IMG/VR virus record: IMGVR_UViG_3300032053_000013
Coordinates: 1-64,000 of that record
Reading direction: 5' to 3' (one strand)
Source: a virus
Length of the DNA: 64,000 nt
Positions 38,425 through 47,671 of the stretch are shown one piece after another. Made by a program: the position numbers and the translations under genes. Every line of letters begins with the position of its first letter. Position 1 is the first letter of the stretch. Below the pieces are notes generated by a model that saw only the letters and a program-made list of their open reading frames with translations, ran no database searches and had not been told where the DNA came from.

Positions 38425-39767
38425 TGCCGGTCCACGTCTACTGCATGAGGGGCGGGGTGGGGACCCCGGCGCCGGTACTCCCGGCGACGGTGTCGAGGGC
38501 CTTCGTCGACCCCGAGGTGGGGACCATGCTGCGCAAGCTGAACCCGGACGAGACGGCCTACGACGCCGGTGGGGCGTACTACGAGGCCGAGGTCTCGTCG
38601 CCCAACCTGGTGGGGGAGAAGATCACGGAGCTGTTCGCCTTCCAGGCGTTCTGGGGCGTGGAGCCCGCCATACCGGGCCTGCCGCCGTCCCAGGCGGCCG
38701 CCGTCGCGTTCCAGGTGTCGAACGACGGCGGGGCCACGTGGCTGGTGTGGCAGGACTCCGTCTCGTCGTGGGTCCCGGCCGCCGGGCCCCTGCTCGGGTT
38801 CTTCAACGACGCCCTCACGGTGGACCGGAGGATCCCCCTGCTCCCGTGGGGGGACCCGCACCAGGTGCGGTTCCGCGTCAGGATGACCCCCGGGGCGGGT
38901 GGGCTCCAGAGGCCGGTGGTGTACGGGCTCGCCCTGTTCAACCGGCACGACATGGACATCTCCGAGGACTGCGCGAGGTCCGTCAAGAGGCACCTCGACG
39001 ACGTCGTCAAGGTGCCCATGTACTACATGGCCGAGCTGGCCGTCCCCTCCGCGACGATAACCATCGAGAGCGGGATCGGGCTCGACGTCAGCGTGCGGGA
39101 GCCCATCAAGGTCTACAACCTCACGGCGGACCCGGCCAGGAACGTCAACCTATTCTCCTCCCTCGGGGGGCCGGACGGGAGGACCATCTCGATGGTGGCC
39201 GTGCAGGCCGGGCCGGTCGAGGTCCAGTTCACCGGGGTGCCGGACGTCTTCATCGGGGCCGAGGAGTTCTTCCAGGTCAGCAAGATGCCGTCGGTGGTGG
39301 TCTTCACGCCGAGCATGTCCCAGTACAACCCCACGAGGCACTGGTGGCCCGAGCCGGAGGTGTCGCAGTCGAGGGGGGTTGGGAGGCTGATGCGCCCCCG
39401 GCAGTTCTACAAGATCGACATGTCCATCCGGGTCCAGTCCTCCCTGAACAGGGAGGCGAGGCAGATGACGGACGCGGTGGTCCGCGTCCTCGACGTGGGG
39501 ATGTACTTCGACTCGGTGGCGAACGGGGAGAGGTACTGCGTATTCGCCCAGGAGAGCAGCGTCAGGGAGGACCGGGTGGCGCAGGGGATCTGGATCGGGG
39601 CCGTGAACATCGTCGTCTTCGGGAAGATGTGGATCGCCGAGGAGGCGGGCGAGGTGGAGACCGTCAGGCAGATCGTGGCCTCGGTGGGGGCCCAGCACAC
39701 TTGCAACTTGCTTTTGCCGGAGCACCTCCGTAGAGTATACCGGGAGAGGATCGAGGTCTCCGAATAG
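38424..39767 (+). CDS. Tail terminator-like protein with long N-terminal extension
   Basis: Position before sheath; C-terminal beta-rich region (KMPSVVV...YKIDMSIRV). Confidence 0.55.
   Translation: MPVHVYCMRGGVGTPAPVLPATVSRAFVDPEVGTMLRKLNPDETAYDAGGAYYEAEVSSPNLVGEKITELFAFQAFWGVEPAIPGLPPSQAAAVAFQVSNDGGATWLVWQDSVSSWVPAAGPLLGFFNDALTVDRRIPLLPWGDPHQVRFRVRMTPGAGGLQRPVVYGLALFNRHDMDISEDCARSVKRHLDDVVKVPMYYMAELAVPSATITIESGIGLDVSVREPIKVYNLTADPARNVNLFSSLGGPDGRTISMVAVQAGPVEVQFTGVPDVFIGAEEFFQVSKMPSVVVFTPSMSQYNPTRHWWPEPEVSQSRGVGRLMRPRQFYKIDMSIRVQSSLNREARQMTDAVVRVLDVGMYFDSVANGERYCVFAQESSVREDRVAQGIWIGAVNIVVFGKMWIAEEAGEVETVRQIVASVGAQHTCNLLLPEHLRRVYRERIEVSE
39708..39736 (+). promoter_or_regulatory. Putative promoter TTGCTT-N17-TAGAGT inside CDS end, upstream of sheath operon
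   Basis: AT-rich patch, canonical spacing. Confidence 0.5.
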
Positions 39768-39777
39768 GGGATTTCCA

Positions 39778-39993
39778 ATGCCGGAAGCCCAGAAGAAGCG
39801 GGTCCTCATGAGCATCAGCCGGAGCATGGTCTCGATGGACGCCCCCGGAGGGGGGATCCATTTCATGCCCTCCCAGCGCCTGGAGGTCTCCGAGGCGGAC
39901 TTCGCCAGCCCCCAGGTCCAGAAGCTGCTGCGGTCGAAGTTCCTGGTGGACGTGACCGCGGCCGGGGAGAGGCGGAGGGCCGGGGCGAGGTGA
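39778..39993 (+). CDS. Small pre-sheath protein
   Basis: 71 aa ORF in a slot commonly occupied before sheath genes. Confidence 0.7.
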   Translation: MPEAQKKRVLMSISRSMVSMDAPGGGIHFMPSQRLEVSEADFASPQVQKLLRSKFLVDVTAAGERRRAGAR

Positions 39994-40060
39994 CCGCCCC
40001 CTGTCCACGGAGTCAGGTCGCCCGAGTGACGGGGCAGAGATCCGATGAAAGGACGGCCAC

Positions 40061-42049
40061 ATGCCTCTTGCCGGAATTGAGACACTGCATCCCGACGTGT
40101 TCGTCATCGAGCAGGCCGGGATCCCGCGCATCGTCGGCGTCAGCGTCAACACGGGCGGGTTCGTCGGGATCACCGAGAAGGGGCCCACGGACAGGGCCGA
40201 CCTCGTCACCAGCACGACCCAGTTCGTCGAGAAGTACGGGGACTACTACCTGGGGTCCCTCCTACGCCCCTCCGTCCAGGCCTTCTTCGACCAGGGCGGC
40301 GCGCGGTGCTTCGTAGCCAGGGTGGTCGGGCAGGGCGCGACCATCGCGGACACGATGCTCGTGAACCACGAGGGCAACGCCGCGATCGACGCGAACGCCA
40401 TCTCCGAGGGCGCGTGGGGGAACAACGTCTCCCTCTCCACGGAGCGGTGGAGGGCGACGATCGCCGCGGCCACGGTCGGATTCGGCTCGACCCAGATCCC
40501 GGTGTCCTCGCTCCGCAACGCGAAGCTCGGCGACCTCGTCCGGGTCTACGACCCTGTGAGCCTGAACGTCGCCTACGCGTTCGTGGTCTCCATCGACGTG
40601 GCGAACCGGTTCCTGAACGTCAGGCCCGTCCAGGGACTCCCCGCCGGGTTCACCTTCCCGGTAGGGAGCCTGGTCCACTGCGCGACCGACCACCGCCTGG
40701 TGACGGCGACCGCCGAGGCCCTGGCGAACGGGGCCACCTCGGTGGTCCTGGCCAACACCGGGAACCTGGCCGTCGGGGCGCGGGTGTACTTCGACGACGG
40801 ATTCAACTACGCGTCGGTCATCGTGGACAGGATCGACGGGAAGCAGATCCGGTTCCAGCCCATTTCCATCACGGCGGGCGCGACTCTCCCCTCGGGGACC
40901 CTCGCGGCCTCGATGGAGTTCAACCTCAAGGTCTACGAGAAGGGGAAGTTCCGCGAGTCCTTCGAGGGGCTCTCGATGGAGAGCACCTGCACGAGGGACT
41001 ACTTCGGCATCCGGCTCGCCGGGCAGTCGAACGAGTCCAAGATGATCTCGGTCGTCGACCTGTTCCCGGCCCTCGCGGACCTGAACATGGCGGTCCCGAT
41101 GCCGGTGGTGAACCAGGGGTTCAACGGGGGGACCGAGGGCGCGGTGGTCACGGACAACGACTACATCGGGTCCGACACGAGCCCGAAGAGCGGGATGTTC
41201 CTGCTCAGCGAGTCGCCGGACCTCAACTTCTTCTCGATCCCCGGCGTGGCGACGGTGGCGGTCTCGAAGGCCGCGGCGGACTGGGCCGACCTCATGCAGA
41301 GGTTCGTGGCGGTCCTCGACGCCCCGCTGGCCTACGACGAGCCGATGGAGGTCATCAACTTCCGCAACATCGAGGCCAACTTCGACACCTCCTACGCCGC
41401 CCTGTACTACCCGTGGGTGATCGTGCGGGACCCGAACAACGCGAACGCCAGGATGGCCCTCCCGCCGTCCGGGTTCGTCCAGGGCGTGTACGCGAACATC
41501 GGGGCGACCAGGGGCGTCCACTACGCCCCCGCCAACGTCGCCCTGCGCGGGGTCCTCGACCTGACCTACAACGTGAGCGACGGGGAGCAGGACCTCCTGA
41601 ACCCCATCGGGATCAACGTCATCCGGTCCTTCCAGGGGGAGGGGATCCGGGTGTGGGGGGCGAGGACGCTGACATCGTACAAGGACGGGCGGCACTACGT
41701 GAACGTCCGGCGCCTCCTGAACTACATCAAGGAGTCGCTCCGCACCGGGCTCCGGTTCGCCATCTTCGAGCTGAACGAGCAGAGGACCTGGCAGACCGTG
41801 GAGCAGGCGGTGTCCGAGTTCCTCGGCTCCATGTTCCAGAGGGGGATGCTCTTCTCCCCGGACGGGACGCCGGACCGGGCGTTCTTCTGCAAGTGCGACT
41901 CCGAGATCAACCCCGACTCCGAGAGGCGCGAGGGGCGCATGAACATCGAGATCGGGGTCAACCCTCCGCTGCCCGCCGAGTTCATCGTCTGCCGGATCGG
42001 CCTCTGGGACGGCGGGAGCACGGTCGAGGAGGAGCTGGCCCGGAGGTAG
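40061..42049 (+). CDS. Contractile tail sheath protein
   Basis: HPDVFVIE, GFVGITEKGP, FFDQGGARCFVARV, ALYYPWV, PPSG, VHYAPAN, GIRVWGARTL, YVNVRRL, EFIV.RI. Confidence 0.95.
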   Translation: MPLAGIETLHPDVFVIEQAGIPRIVGVSVNTGGFVGITEKGPTDRADLVTSTTQFVEKYGDYYLGSLLRPSVQAFFDQGGARCFVARVVGQGATIADTMLVNHEGNAAIDANAISEGAWGNNVSLSTERWRATIAAATVGFGSTQIPVSSLRNAKLGDLVRVYDPVSLNVAYAFVVSIDVANRFLNVRPVQGLPAGFTFPVGSLVHCATDHRLVTATAEALANGATSVVLANTGNLAVGARVYFDDGFNYASVIVDRIDGKQIRFQPISITAGATLPSGTLAASMEFNLKVYEKGKFRESFEGLSMESTCTRDYFGIRLAGQSNESKMISVVDLFPALADLNMAVPMPVVNQGFNGGTEGAVVTDNDYIGSDTSPKSGMFLLSESPDLNFFSIPGVATVAVSKAAADWADLMQRFVAVLDAPLAYDEPMEVINFRNIEANFDTSYAALYYPWVIVRDPNNANARMALPPSGFVQGVYANIGATRGVHYAPANVALRGVLDLTYNVSDGEQDLLNPIGINVIRSFQGEGIRVWGARTLTSYKDGRHYVNVRRLLNYIKESLRTGLRFAIFELNEQRTWQTVEQAVSEFLGSMFQRGMLFSPDGTPDRAFFCKCDSEINPDSERREGRMNIEIGVNPPLPAEFIVCRIGLWDGGSTVEEELARR

Positions 42050-42052
42050 CAG

Positions 42053-42550
42053 GTGGCCGACAACATCGCCCCCCCTACGAGGCAGCTGAAGCCCCTTGGA
42101 GGGGAGACGGGGCAGGAAGACCCGAGGTTCGGCTTCAGGTACAGCTTCAACGTGCTCACGAGGCCGATCCGGGGGCAGTTCTCGAAGGTGAGTGGGCTCA
42201 GCGAGGAGATCGAGGTCGTGGAGATGCGGGACGGGACCGACCCGTTCCAGGTCAGGAAGATCGCTGGGACGAACCAGGGGGGCCAGATCACGCTGGAGAG
42301 GGGGATCGTTTCCCAGAGGGACCACCTCATCCGGTGGTTCGGGGACGTGAAGAAGAAGAGCGGACAGTACTGGGCGGACGTGACCGTGGGGGTTTGGGGG
42401 CGGCCGGAGGACAAGGATACGGTCATGGACGTGAAGATCAGGTCCGGGTGGCCCAGCAGGTACGAGATCGGCGACCTTGACGCGAAGTCCTCGGAGATAG
42501 CCGTGGAGGTTCTCACGGTCGTCCACGAGGGTCTCGAATACGTGAGGTGA
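42053..42550 (+). CDS. Tail tube protein 1 (T4 gp19-like)
   Basis: FSKVSGLSEEIEVVEMRDG...ITLERG...WPSRYEIGDLDAKSSEIAVE. Confidence 0.9.
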   Translation: MADNIAPPTRQLKPLGGETGQEDPRFGFRYSFNVLTRPIRGQFSKVSGLSEEIEVVEMRDGTDPFQVRKIAGTNQGGQITLERGIVSQRDHLIRWFGDVKKKSGQYWADVTVGVWGRPEDKDTVMDVKIRSGWPSRYEIGDLDAKSSEIAVEVLTVVHEGLEYVR

Positions 42551-42553
42551 GCA

Positions 42554-43018
42554 ATGGCAGAGACAAGGCTTTCCGACCCCGTCGCCAACTTCCGCTTCAT
42601 CGTGGTCTCGACGCGGTGCCGGGCGGGGTTCTCGAAGGTCACGGGGATGAAGGAGGAGAGCGAGGTCATCGAGTACCGCGAGGGGACGGACAGCGCGTTC
42701 CTCCAGAAGTACCCCGGGATGCGCAAGTACCCGGAGGCGACGTTCGAGCGCGGGCTGACGCAGGAGGCGATGGCCCTCGTCGAGTGGCGGAACGCCGTCA
42801 TCAGGGGGAAGAACTACAAGGACCGCATCCAGGTCGACATCCAGACGTGCCCGGGGACCATGGCCAGGTCCGTCGTCTTCCCGAAGTCGTGGCCGAGCGG
42901 TCTGGAGATCTCGGACATGGACGCGAAGGCGAGCGAGATCGCCATCGAGACCATGACGATCCAGCACGAGGGCAACGAGGACCTGGCGGTCATCCCGACG
43001 ATCTTCAAGAACGTGTAG
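42554..43018 (+). CDS. Tail tube protein 2 (T4 gp19-like)
   Basis: DPVANFRF...GFSKVTGM..E.EVIEYREG...TFERG...DMDAKASEIAIE. Confidence 0.9.
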   Translation: MAETRLSDPVANFRFIVVSTRCRAGFSKVTGMKEESEVIEYREGTDSAFLQKYPGMRKYPEATFERGLTQEAMALVEWRNAVIRGKNYKDRIQVDIQTCPGTMARSVVFPKSWPSGLEISDMDAKASEIAIETMTIQHEGNEDLAVIPTIFKNV

Positions 43019-43081
43019 CCTCCCGCCGAGTGGGTCGGCGGGTGAGAACGTGTTTACGGGGCGGTGCCCCAGGAGGAAACC

Positions 43082-43876
43082 ATGCCGGAGGACAACCCCA
43101 CCACGCCCGCGCCGGACGCCCCTCCCGTCAACGGCATCGTGGTCAGCCTGCCATGCGGGTACCTCAGGGACGGCCGGGTCCACCGCGAGGCGGAGATCGT
43201 CCCGATGACCGGGCTGACGAGGAAGGCCATCGCGAGGGAGGACGTCAGGAACAACCCCATCAAGGTCACGGACGTCATCCTCTCCCACTGCCTCAAGCGC
43301 GTCGGGGACGCCACCTCGATCACCTCCCGGCTCCTCGGAGACCTCGTCATCGGAGACCGCGACTTCCTGATCCTGGAGATCAGGCGCGTCTCGATGGGCG
43401 AGGCGATCGTCGCGAACGTCGAGTGCGACTCCTGCAAGGCGAAGGTCGAGGTGACGTTCCACATCAAGGAGATCGAGACCATACGGCTGGGGGACCCGAA
43501 GGACTACCCGGAGCGGGACGGCAGCCTCACGTTCGCCGTGAGGGGCGACGGGTTCGAGGCCGTGAGCCGGTTCCCGAAGGGGGCCGACCAGGCCCTCATC
43601 ATGCCGGGGGCGACCAAGAACCCCGTGGCGGCGAGCTACGGGCTGTACGCGGCGTGCCTCCTGGAGTGGAACGGGAAGAGGGGGCCCTTCGACACCGCCT
43701 TCTTCGAGTCGCTCCCGCTCTCCGTCCTCGACGTGTTCGAGGAGGAGTTCATGGCGCTCCAGCCGGGCCCGGTCATGAAGCAGGACGCCTCCTGCCCCTC
43801 GTGCGGGGCGTCCATCGACTTCACGTTCAGAGGGTCGGATTTTTTGTTCCGGGTCCCGAAGCGTGGGAGGCTGTGA
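43082..43876 (+). CDS. Tail assembly chaperone (G)
   Basis: AGGAGG RBS; SLPCGY, GDRDFLILEIRRVS, CDSC, CPSC; between tube and tape measure genes. Confidence 0.85.
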   Translation: MPEDNPTTPAPDAPPVNGIVVSLPCGYLRDGRVHREAEIVPMTGLTRKAIAREDVRNNPIKVTDVILSHCLKRVGDATSITSRLLGDLVIGDRDFLILEIRRVSMGEAIVANVECDSCKAKVEVTFHIKEIETIRLGDPKDYPERDGSLTFAVRGDGFEAVSRFPKGADQALIMPGATKNPVAASYGLYAACLLEWNGKRGPFDTAFFESLPLSVLDVFEEEFMALQPGPVMKQDASCPSCGASIDFTFRGSDFLFRVPKRGRL

Positions 43877-44037
43877 AAGACCAGGCGTGGCTCATTGTCA
43901 TGACCACGGAGGGCGGGATCACGCTCCGGGACGTGCTGGAGATGGAGGACTCCGAGAGGCTCTCCTGGTACGAGAGGTGCCTCTCCCACAACGAGAGGGT
44001 CCAGTCCGACGTCGAGTCCGCCAAGCGGCGGAGGTAG
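43840..44037 (+). CDS. -1 frameshift extension of the chaperone (GT) via slippery T TTT TTG
   Basis: Heptamer 43840-43846; -1 frame open FVPGPEAWEAVKDQAWLIVMTTEGGITLRDVLEMEDSERLSWYE... to TAG 44037. Confidence 0.75.
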   Translation, partial: FFVPGPEAWEAVKDQAWLIVMTTEGGITLRDVLEMEDSERLSWYERCLSHNERVQSDVESAKRRR

Positions 44038-44040
44038 ACC

Positions 44041-46740
44041 GTGGCTACCGGAGAGACGAGGTCGTTCCTCATCCAGTTCCTGGCCGAGACGGGCGACGCC
44101 GTAACGGCGATGAACTTCCTCGGCCGCTCCATGCAGAAGTTCCCCTCCCAGGCGATCAACGCCGCCGCCCAGACCGAGGTCGCGATGGCTGAGGTCGACA
44201 CGGCGCTCAGGCAGGCCGGGGTCTCGGCCTCCCACCTCTCCGACGCGTTCACCTCCATGGGACGCGACGCCACAGCCATGCTCAAGGCCGCCGGGGCCGC
44301 CGCCAAGATAGGGTTCGAGGGCGAGGACAACCTCAAGGCCTTCGCCGAGACGGCGCGCAGGTTCGGGTTCGTCACGAAGACGAGCACGGAGCAGGCCGGG
44401 CAGGCCCTCTCTGACCTCGGCGTCGCCATGGGGTACAAGACGCCGGAGCAGATCGAGAGGCTGGCGTCGGGGATGACCGAGCTGTCCAGGCGGACCAACG
44501 TCACCTACGACGACCTCACCGCGCTGATGAAGCGGACCGGCCCCCTGTCCAACGCGATCGGGGTGTCGGAGTCGGCGGTCATGGCCCTGGCCGCCTCCTT
44601 CTCCCAGCAGAACATGTCGGCCAAGGCGGCGGCCGGGCCGATCAGCAACCTGATGGAGATGATGCAGTATTCGGCGCTCAGCGGGCACCAGCTCGGGAAG
44701 GCCGTGGGGCTGTCGGGGGACAAGTTCGACGAGTTTGCGAAGGCGATACCGGACAAGCAGATCGAGATGTTCATGGGCCAGATCGGGAAGATGGGGAAGA
44801 TCCAGGCCGAGCAGACCCTCCACGGGCTCGGGATCGCCTCGGGGCTCTCGGCGACCCAGATATGGCTGGCGGCGAAGCAGACGCAGAACTTCACGAAGTA
44901 CATCGGGTGGGCCTCCGAGGGGATGAAGAAGAACACGGCCCTGAAGAGGGAGGCCTACAAGGTCGAGAGGACCCTGACGTTCCAGATGAAGGAGCTGGGG
45001 AAGCAGTCCCTGGCGTTCCTCCAGATGACGGGGAAGATGCTGGTCCCCGTCGTGAGGGTGTTCGTGCAGGCGCTCCGGGGCCTCCTCTTCGTGCTCATGG
45101 TGATCCCGAGGCCGGTGCTGGCGCTCGCGGCGGCCTTCGCGGCCCTCGGGGCGGCCATCCTGGCGGGGACGTGGGCGGCGAAGACGAAGCTGGTCGCCGG
45201 GTCGGTCACGCTCATCGCGACCATCTACAGGGAGATAGCGGCGGTCGGGGGGCTCGCGGGGGCCTACAAGGTCCTCACCTCGGCGCAGGCTGCCCAGGCG
45301 CTGGTACAGGCAGCCGCGGACAGGAGGAGAACTATAGCGGGCCTGAAAGAGGCGAAGCTGCCGCTGCCCACTAAGTCGGTGGGGATGGGGTTCGGGGTGG
45401 CGGGGGCCCCGACCGGGGCGATGGGGGCCATGGTCACCGTGTCCGCCGCCCTCGGGATCTCCGTGGCGGCCCTCATCGGGATCGTCCTCGCTCTGGTCGC
45501 GGTGTTCATCCTCATGGGGGTGATGATCTACAAGGGCGTGAAGATGATGCAGGAGGGGACGGCCAAGGCCAAGGTGTTCGGGGCCGCGCTCCTCCTGATG
45601 ACGGGGCCCATCGGCCTGTTCGTGCTCGGGATGATGGCGCTCGCGAAGCCGATCCGGGACTTCAAGGACCAGGTCGTGGCGGCGTTCGAGCCCATCATCC
45701 CCATCCTGGAGCAGATCGCGCCCCTCCTGTACGCCATCGGGGCGGCACTCGCGGTGGTGATGCTCATAATGAGCCCGATCACCTATGCCATCCTGTTCAT
45801 CCTCGGGTTCATCTACGCGATCATGCCGATCATCGTCGGGTTCATCGAGGGGTTCGCCGAGGTCCTCGCGTTCGCGATCGAGCCGTTCCTGCCGGGGCTG
45901 AAGGCCCTCGGGGACCTGTTCGAGTGGGTCGGGGAGAAGATCGGTATGACGGGGGTCTCCGCGGGCTGGCTGACGACCCTGCTGAAGATCGTGGGGAAGA
46001 CCATCGTGTACTCGATCATCGGCCCGTTCGCCCTGGCGGTCAGGTTCATCGCGGTCATATTCGACGGGATCAGGGCGTACGTGGACGACTTCTGGGGGTC
46101 TATCAGCCTGCTCGGCGAGGCGATCGAGATGGTCTGGGAGGGGGTGGTCGCCGCCTTCCAATGGGCCGTCGGCAAGATGGTGGCGGCGTTCGCGTGGGTC
46201 CTGTCCCCCATCGTCAAGATCAAGGTCTTCTTCACCTCCATGATCGGGGCGATGGTGGCCGGGATAGCGAGGATCGTGGGGCCGCTCAAGGCGGTCGCCG
46301 GGTTCTTCTACTCCATCTACCAGGCCGCGAGCAGCGTCAAGACGGCCCTGGTCGGGTCCTCGCCGTGGCACGTCGAGGAGAGCATGGGCGGGGAGGTGAT
46401 CCCGGCCCTCGAGAGGACGCGCGGGGCGTTCGACGACGTAGCCGAGGCCTCGTTCGGGGCGACGCCCCAGGTGGCCCGCGTGAGGGAAGGGGCGGAGGGG
46501 GCGAGGGCGGCGGCCTCGGTGGCCGCGGCGTCGGCGATGCGGGTCCCGGCCCAGGCGCCCCAGGCGCCCCAGGCGGCGGGCGGGGGGGCGAGGGAGGTCC
46601 GGGTCTCGATCCCCGTGGTCGTCCAGCTCGACGGGGTGACCCTCGGTAGGACGGTGATAGAGCAGATCATCGAGCTCAACGAGCGAAACATGAACCCGCC
46701 GGGCTTCCCCATGAGGGGGGTGGAGCCCGCCTTCGGTTAG
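44041..46740 (+). CDS. Tape measure protein
   Basis: 899 aa, Ala/Gly-rich helical, TP901-like N-core, long hydrophobic repeats, follows the chaperone. Confidence 0.9.
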   Translation: MATGETRSFLIQFLAETGDAVTAMNFLGRSMQKFPSQAINAAAQTEVAMAEVDTALRQAGVSASHLSDAFTSMGRDATAMLKAAGAAAKIGFEGEDNLKAFAETARRFGFVTKTSTEQAGQALSDLGVAMGYKTPEQIERLASGMTELSRRTNVTYDDLTALMKRTGPLSNAIGVSESAVMALAASFSQQNMSAKAAAGPISNLMEMMQYSALSGHQLGKAVGLSGDKFDEFAKAIPDKQIEMFMGQIGKMGKIQAEQTLHGLGIASGLSATQIWLAAKQTQNFTKYIGWASEGMKKNTALKREAYKVERTLTFQMKELGKQSLAFLQMTGKMLVPVVRVFVQALRGLLFVLMVIPRPVLALAAAFAALGAAILAGTWAAKTKLVAGSVTLIATIYREIAAVGGLAGAYKVLTSAQAAQALVQAAADRRRTIAGLKEAKLPLPTKSVGMGFGVAGAPTGAMGAMVTVSAALGISVAALIGIVLALVAVFILMGVMIYKGVKMMQEGTAKAKVFGAALLLMTGPIGLFVLGMMALAKPIRDFKDQVVAAFEPIIPILEQIAPLLYAIGAALAVVMLIMSPITYAILFILGFIYAIMPIIVGFIEGFAEVLAFAIEPFLPGLKALGDLFEWVGEKIGMTGVSAGWLTTLLKIVGKTIVYSIIGPFALAVRFIAVIFDGIRAYVDDFWGSISLLGEAIEMVWEGVVAAFQWAVGKMVAAFAWVLSPIVKIKVFFTSMIGAMVAGIARIVGPLKAVAGFFYSIYQAASSVKTALVGSSPWHVEESMGGEVIPALERTRGAFDDVAEASFGATPQVARVREGAEGARAAASVAAASAMRVPAQAPQAPQAAGGGAREVRVSIPVVVQLDGVTLGRTVIEQIIELNERNMNPPGFPMRGVEPAFG

Positions 46741-46756
46741 CGCATACGGTATGCGC
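46740..46756. promoter_or_regulatory. 17-bp palindrome GCGCATACGGTATGCGC, copy 2
   Basis: Identical to 16658-16674; between TMP stop and next RBS. Confidence 0.75.
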
Positions 46757-46767
46757 GGGAGAGGGGC

Positions 46768-47355
46768 ATGGGCGTCTGGAGCATAGGGAAGATCCGGGGG
46801 AGGTTCCAGCCGGAGGACTTCACCGAGACCCAGGACATGAAGGTCAAGGACCTGGTCTGCTTCGGGTCGGTGACGCGGCTCATGTTCGCCGGGTGGTCCC
46901 CGAGGGAGGTCTCCATCTCCTTCGTCGTGGACTCCGTGCAGAAGGGGGCTGGGGAGCAGGACGCCGACAGCTTCATGAAGACGACCACGTTCATGAACAT
47001 GAACGGCGAGATGGGGGAGGTGGAGACGGTGGGGGACTGCCCCGTCTACGACCCAGAGAGGGTCTGGGCGTACATCCAGGCGCTCCAGCGGCCCAAGGCG
47101 ATGCGGGCCCTCATGGAGCCCATCGTGGTAATGATCCCCGGGTGGGGGGACCGTGGGGACGACGTGAAGTACGCGTACATCACGCACGCCCAGGTCAAGA
47201 GGACGCACATCTCCTCCAAGGGGGCGGAGGACTACTCGTCCGAGCCGGGGGCGATCCGGGCGGTGAGGGCGACGTTCACGCTGACGCTGAAGGAGGCCGC
47301 GATCTTCTCGTCCGAGAAGGAGGCCGAGAAGGCGGGCCAGTCCGTGGTGAAGTGA
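46768..47355 (+). CDS. Tube-like baseplate initiator protein
   Basis: Position after TMP; REVSISFVVD, AIRAVRATFTLTLKE. Confidence 0.6.
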   Translation: MGVWSIGKIRGRFQPEDFTETQDMKVKDLVCFGSVTRLMFAGWSPREVSISFVVDSVQKGAGEQDADSFMKTTTFMNMNGEMGEVETVGDCPVYDPERVWAYIQALQRPKAMRALMEPIVVMIPGWGDRGDDVKYAYITHAQVKRTHISSKGAEDYSSEPGAIRAVRATFTLTLKEAAIFSSEKEAEKAGQSVVK

Positions 47356-47365
47356 GGGCGGAGGG

Positions 47366-47671
47366 ATGATCTTCAGGGGCTCCAGGTACGAGGGGTGCAT
47401 GTTCACCGGCGTCCTCGGCAGGGACGGCAAGGTGCGGAAGTTCCTCCACGCCAGGGAGCCGCTCCAGGCCAGGGACATGGCGGACCCCGTCGTCGTCCAC
47501 TCCCTCCAGAGGGGGGAGGTGATCGACGAGCTGGCGTGGCGGGCCGTAGGCAAGCCGCGCCTGTGGTGGGTCATCGCCGACGTGAGCGGCGTCATGTTCC
47601 CCCTGGAGATCGAGCCCGGGACGGAGCTCGTGGTGCCGATGGCGGAGCTCATGAAGAGGAGGGAGTCCTGA
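47366..47671 (+). CDS. LysM-like / P2 gpX-like baseplate protein
   Basis: MIFRGSRY...QRGEVIDELAW...LWWVIAD.....PLEIEPGTELVVP. Confidence 0.8.
   Translation: MIFRGSRYEGCMFTGVLGRDGKVRKFLHAREPLQARDMADPVVVHSLQRGEVIDELAWRAVGKPRLWWVIADVSGVMFPLEIEPGTELVVPMAELMKRRES

Noticed and set aside
39994-40060. Possible hammerhead ribozyme (CCGATGAAAGGAC) before the sheath gene
   Set aside because: Lacks the CUGAUGA core and GAAA/stem arrangement.
43022-43042. Hairpin CCCGCCGA-GTGGG-TCGGCGGG after tube 2 as a terminator
   Set aside because: No U-tract; may be an RNA stability element, but unsupported.
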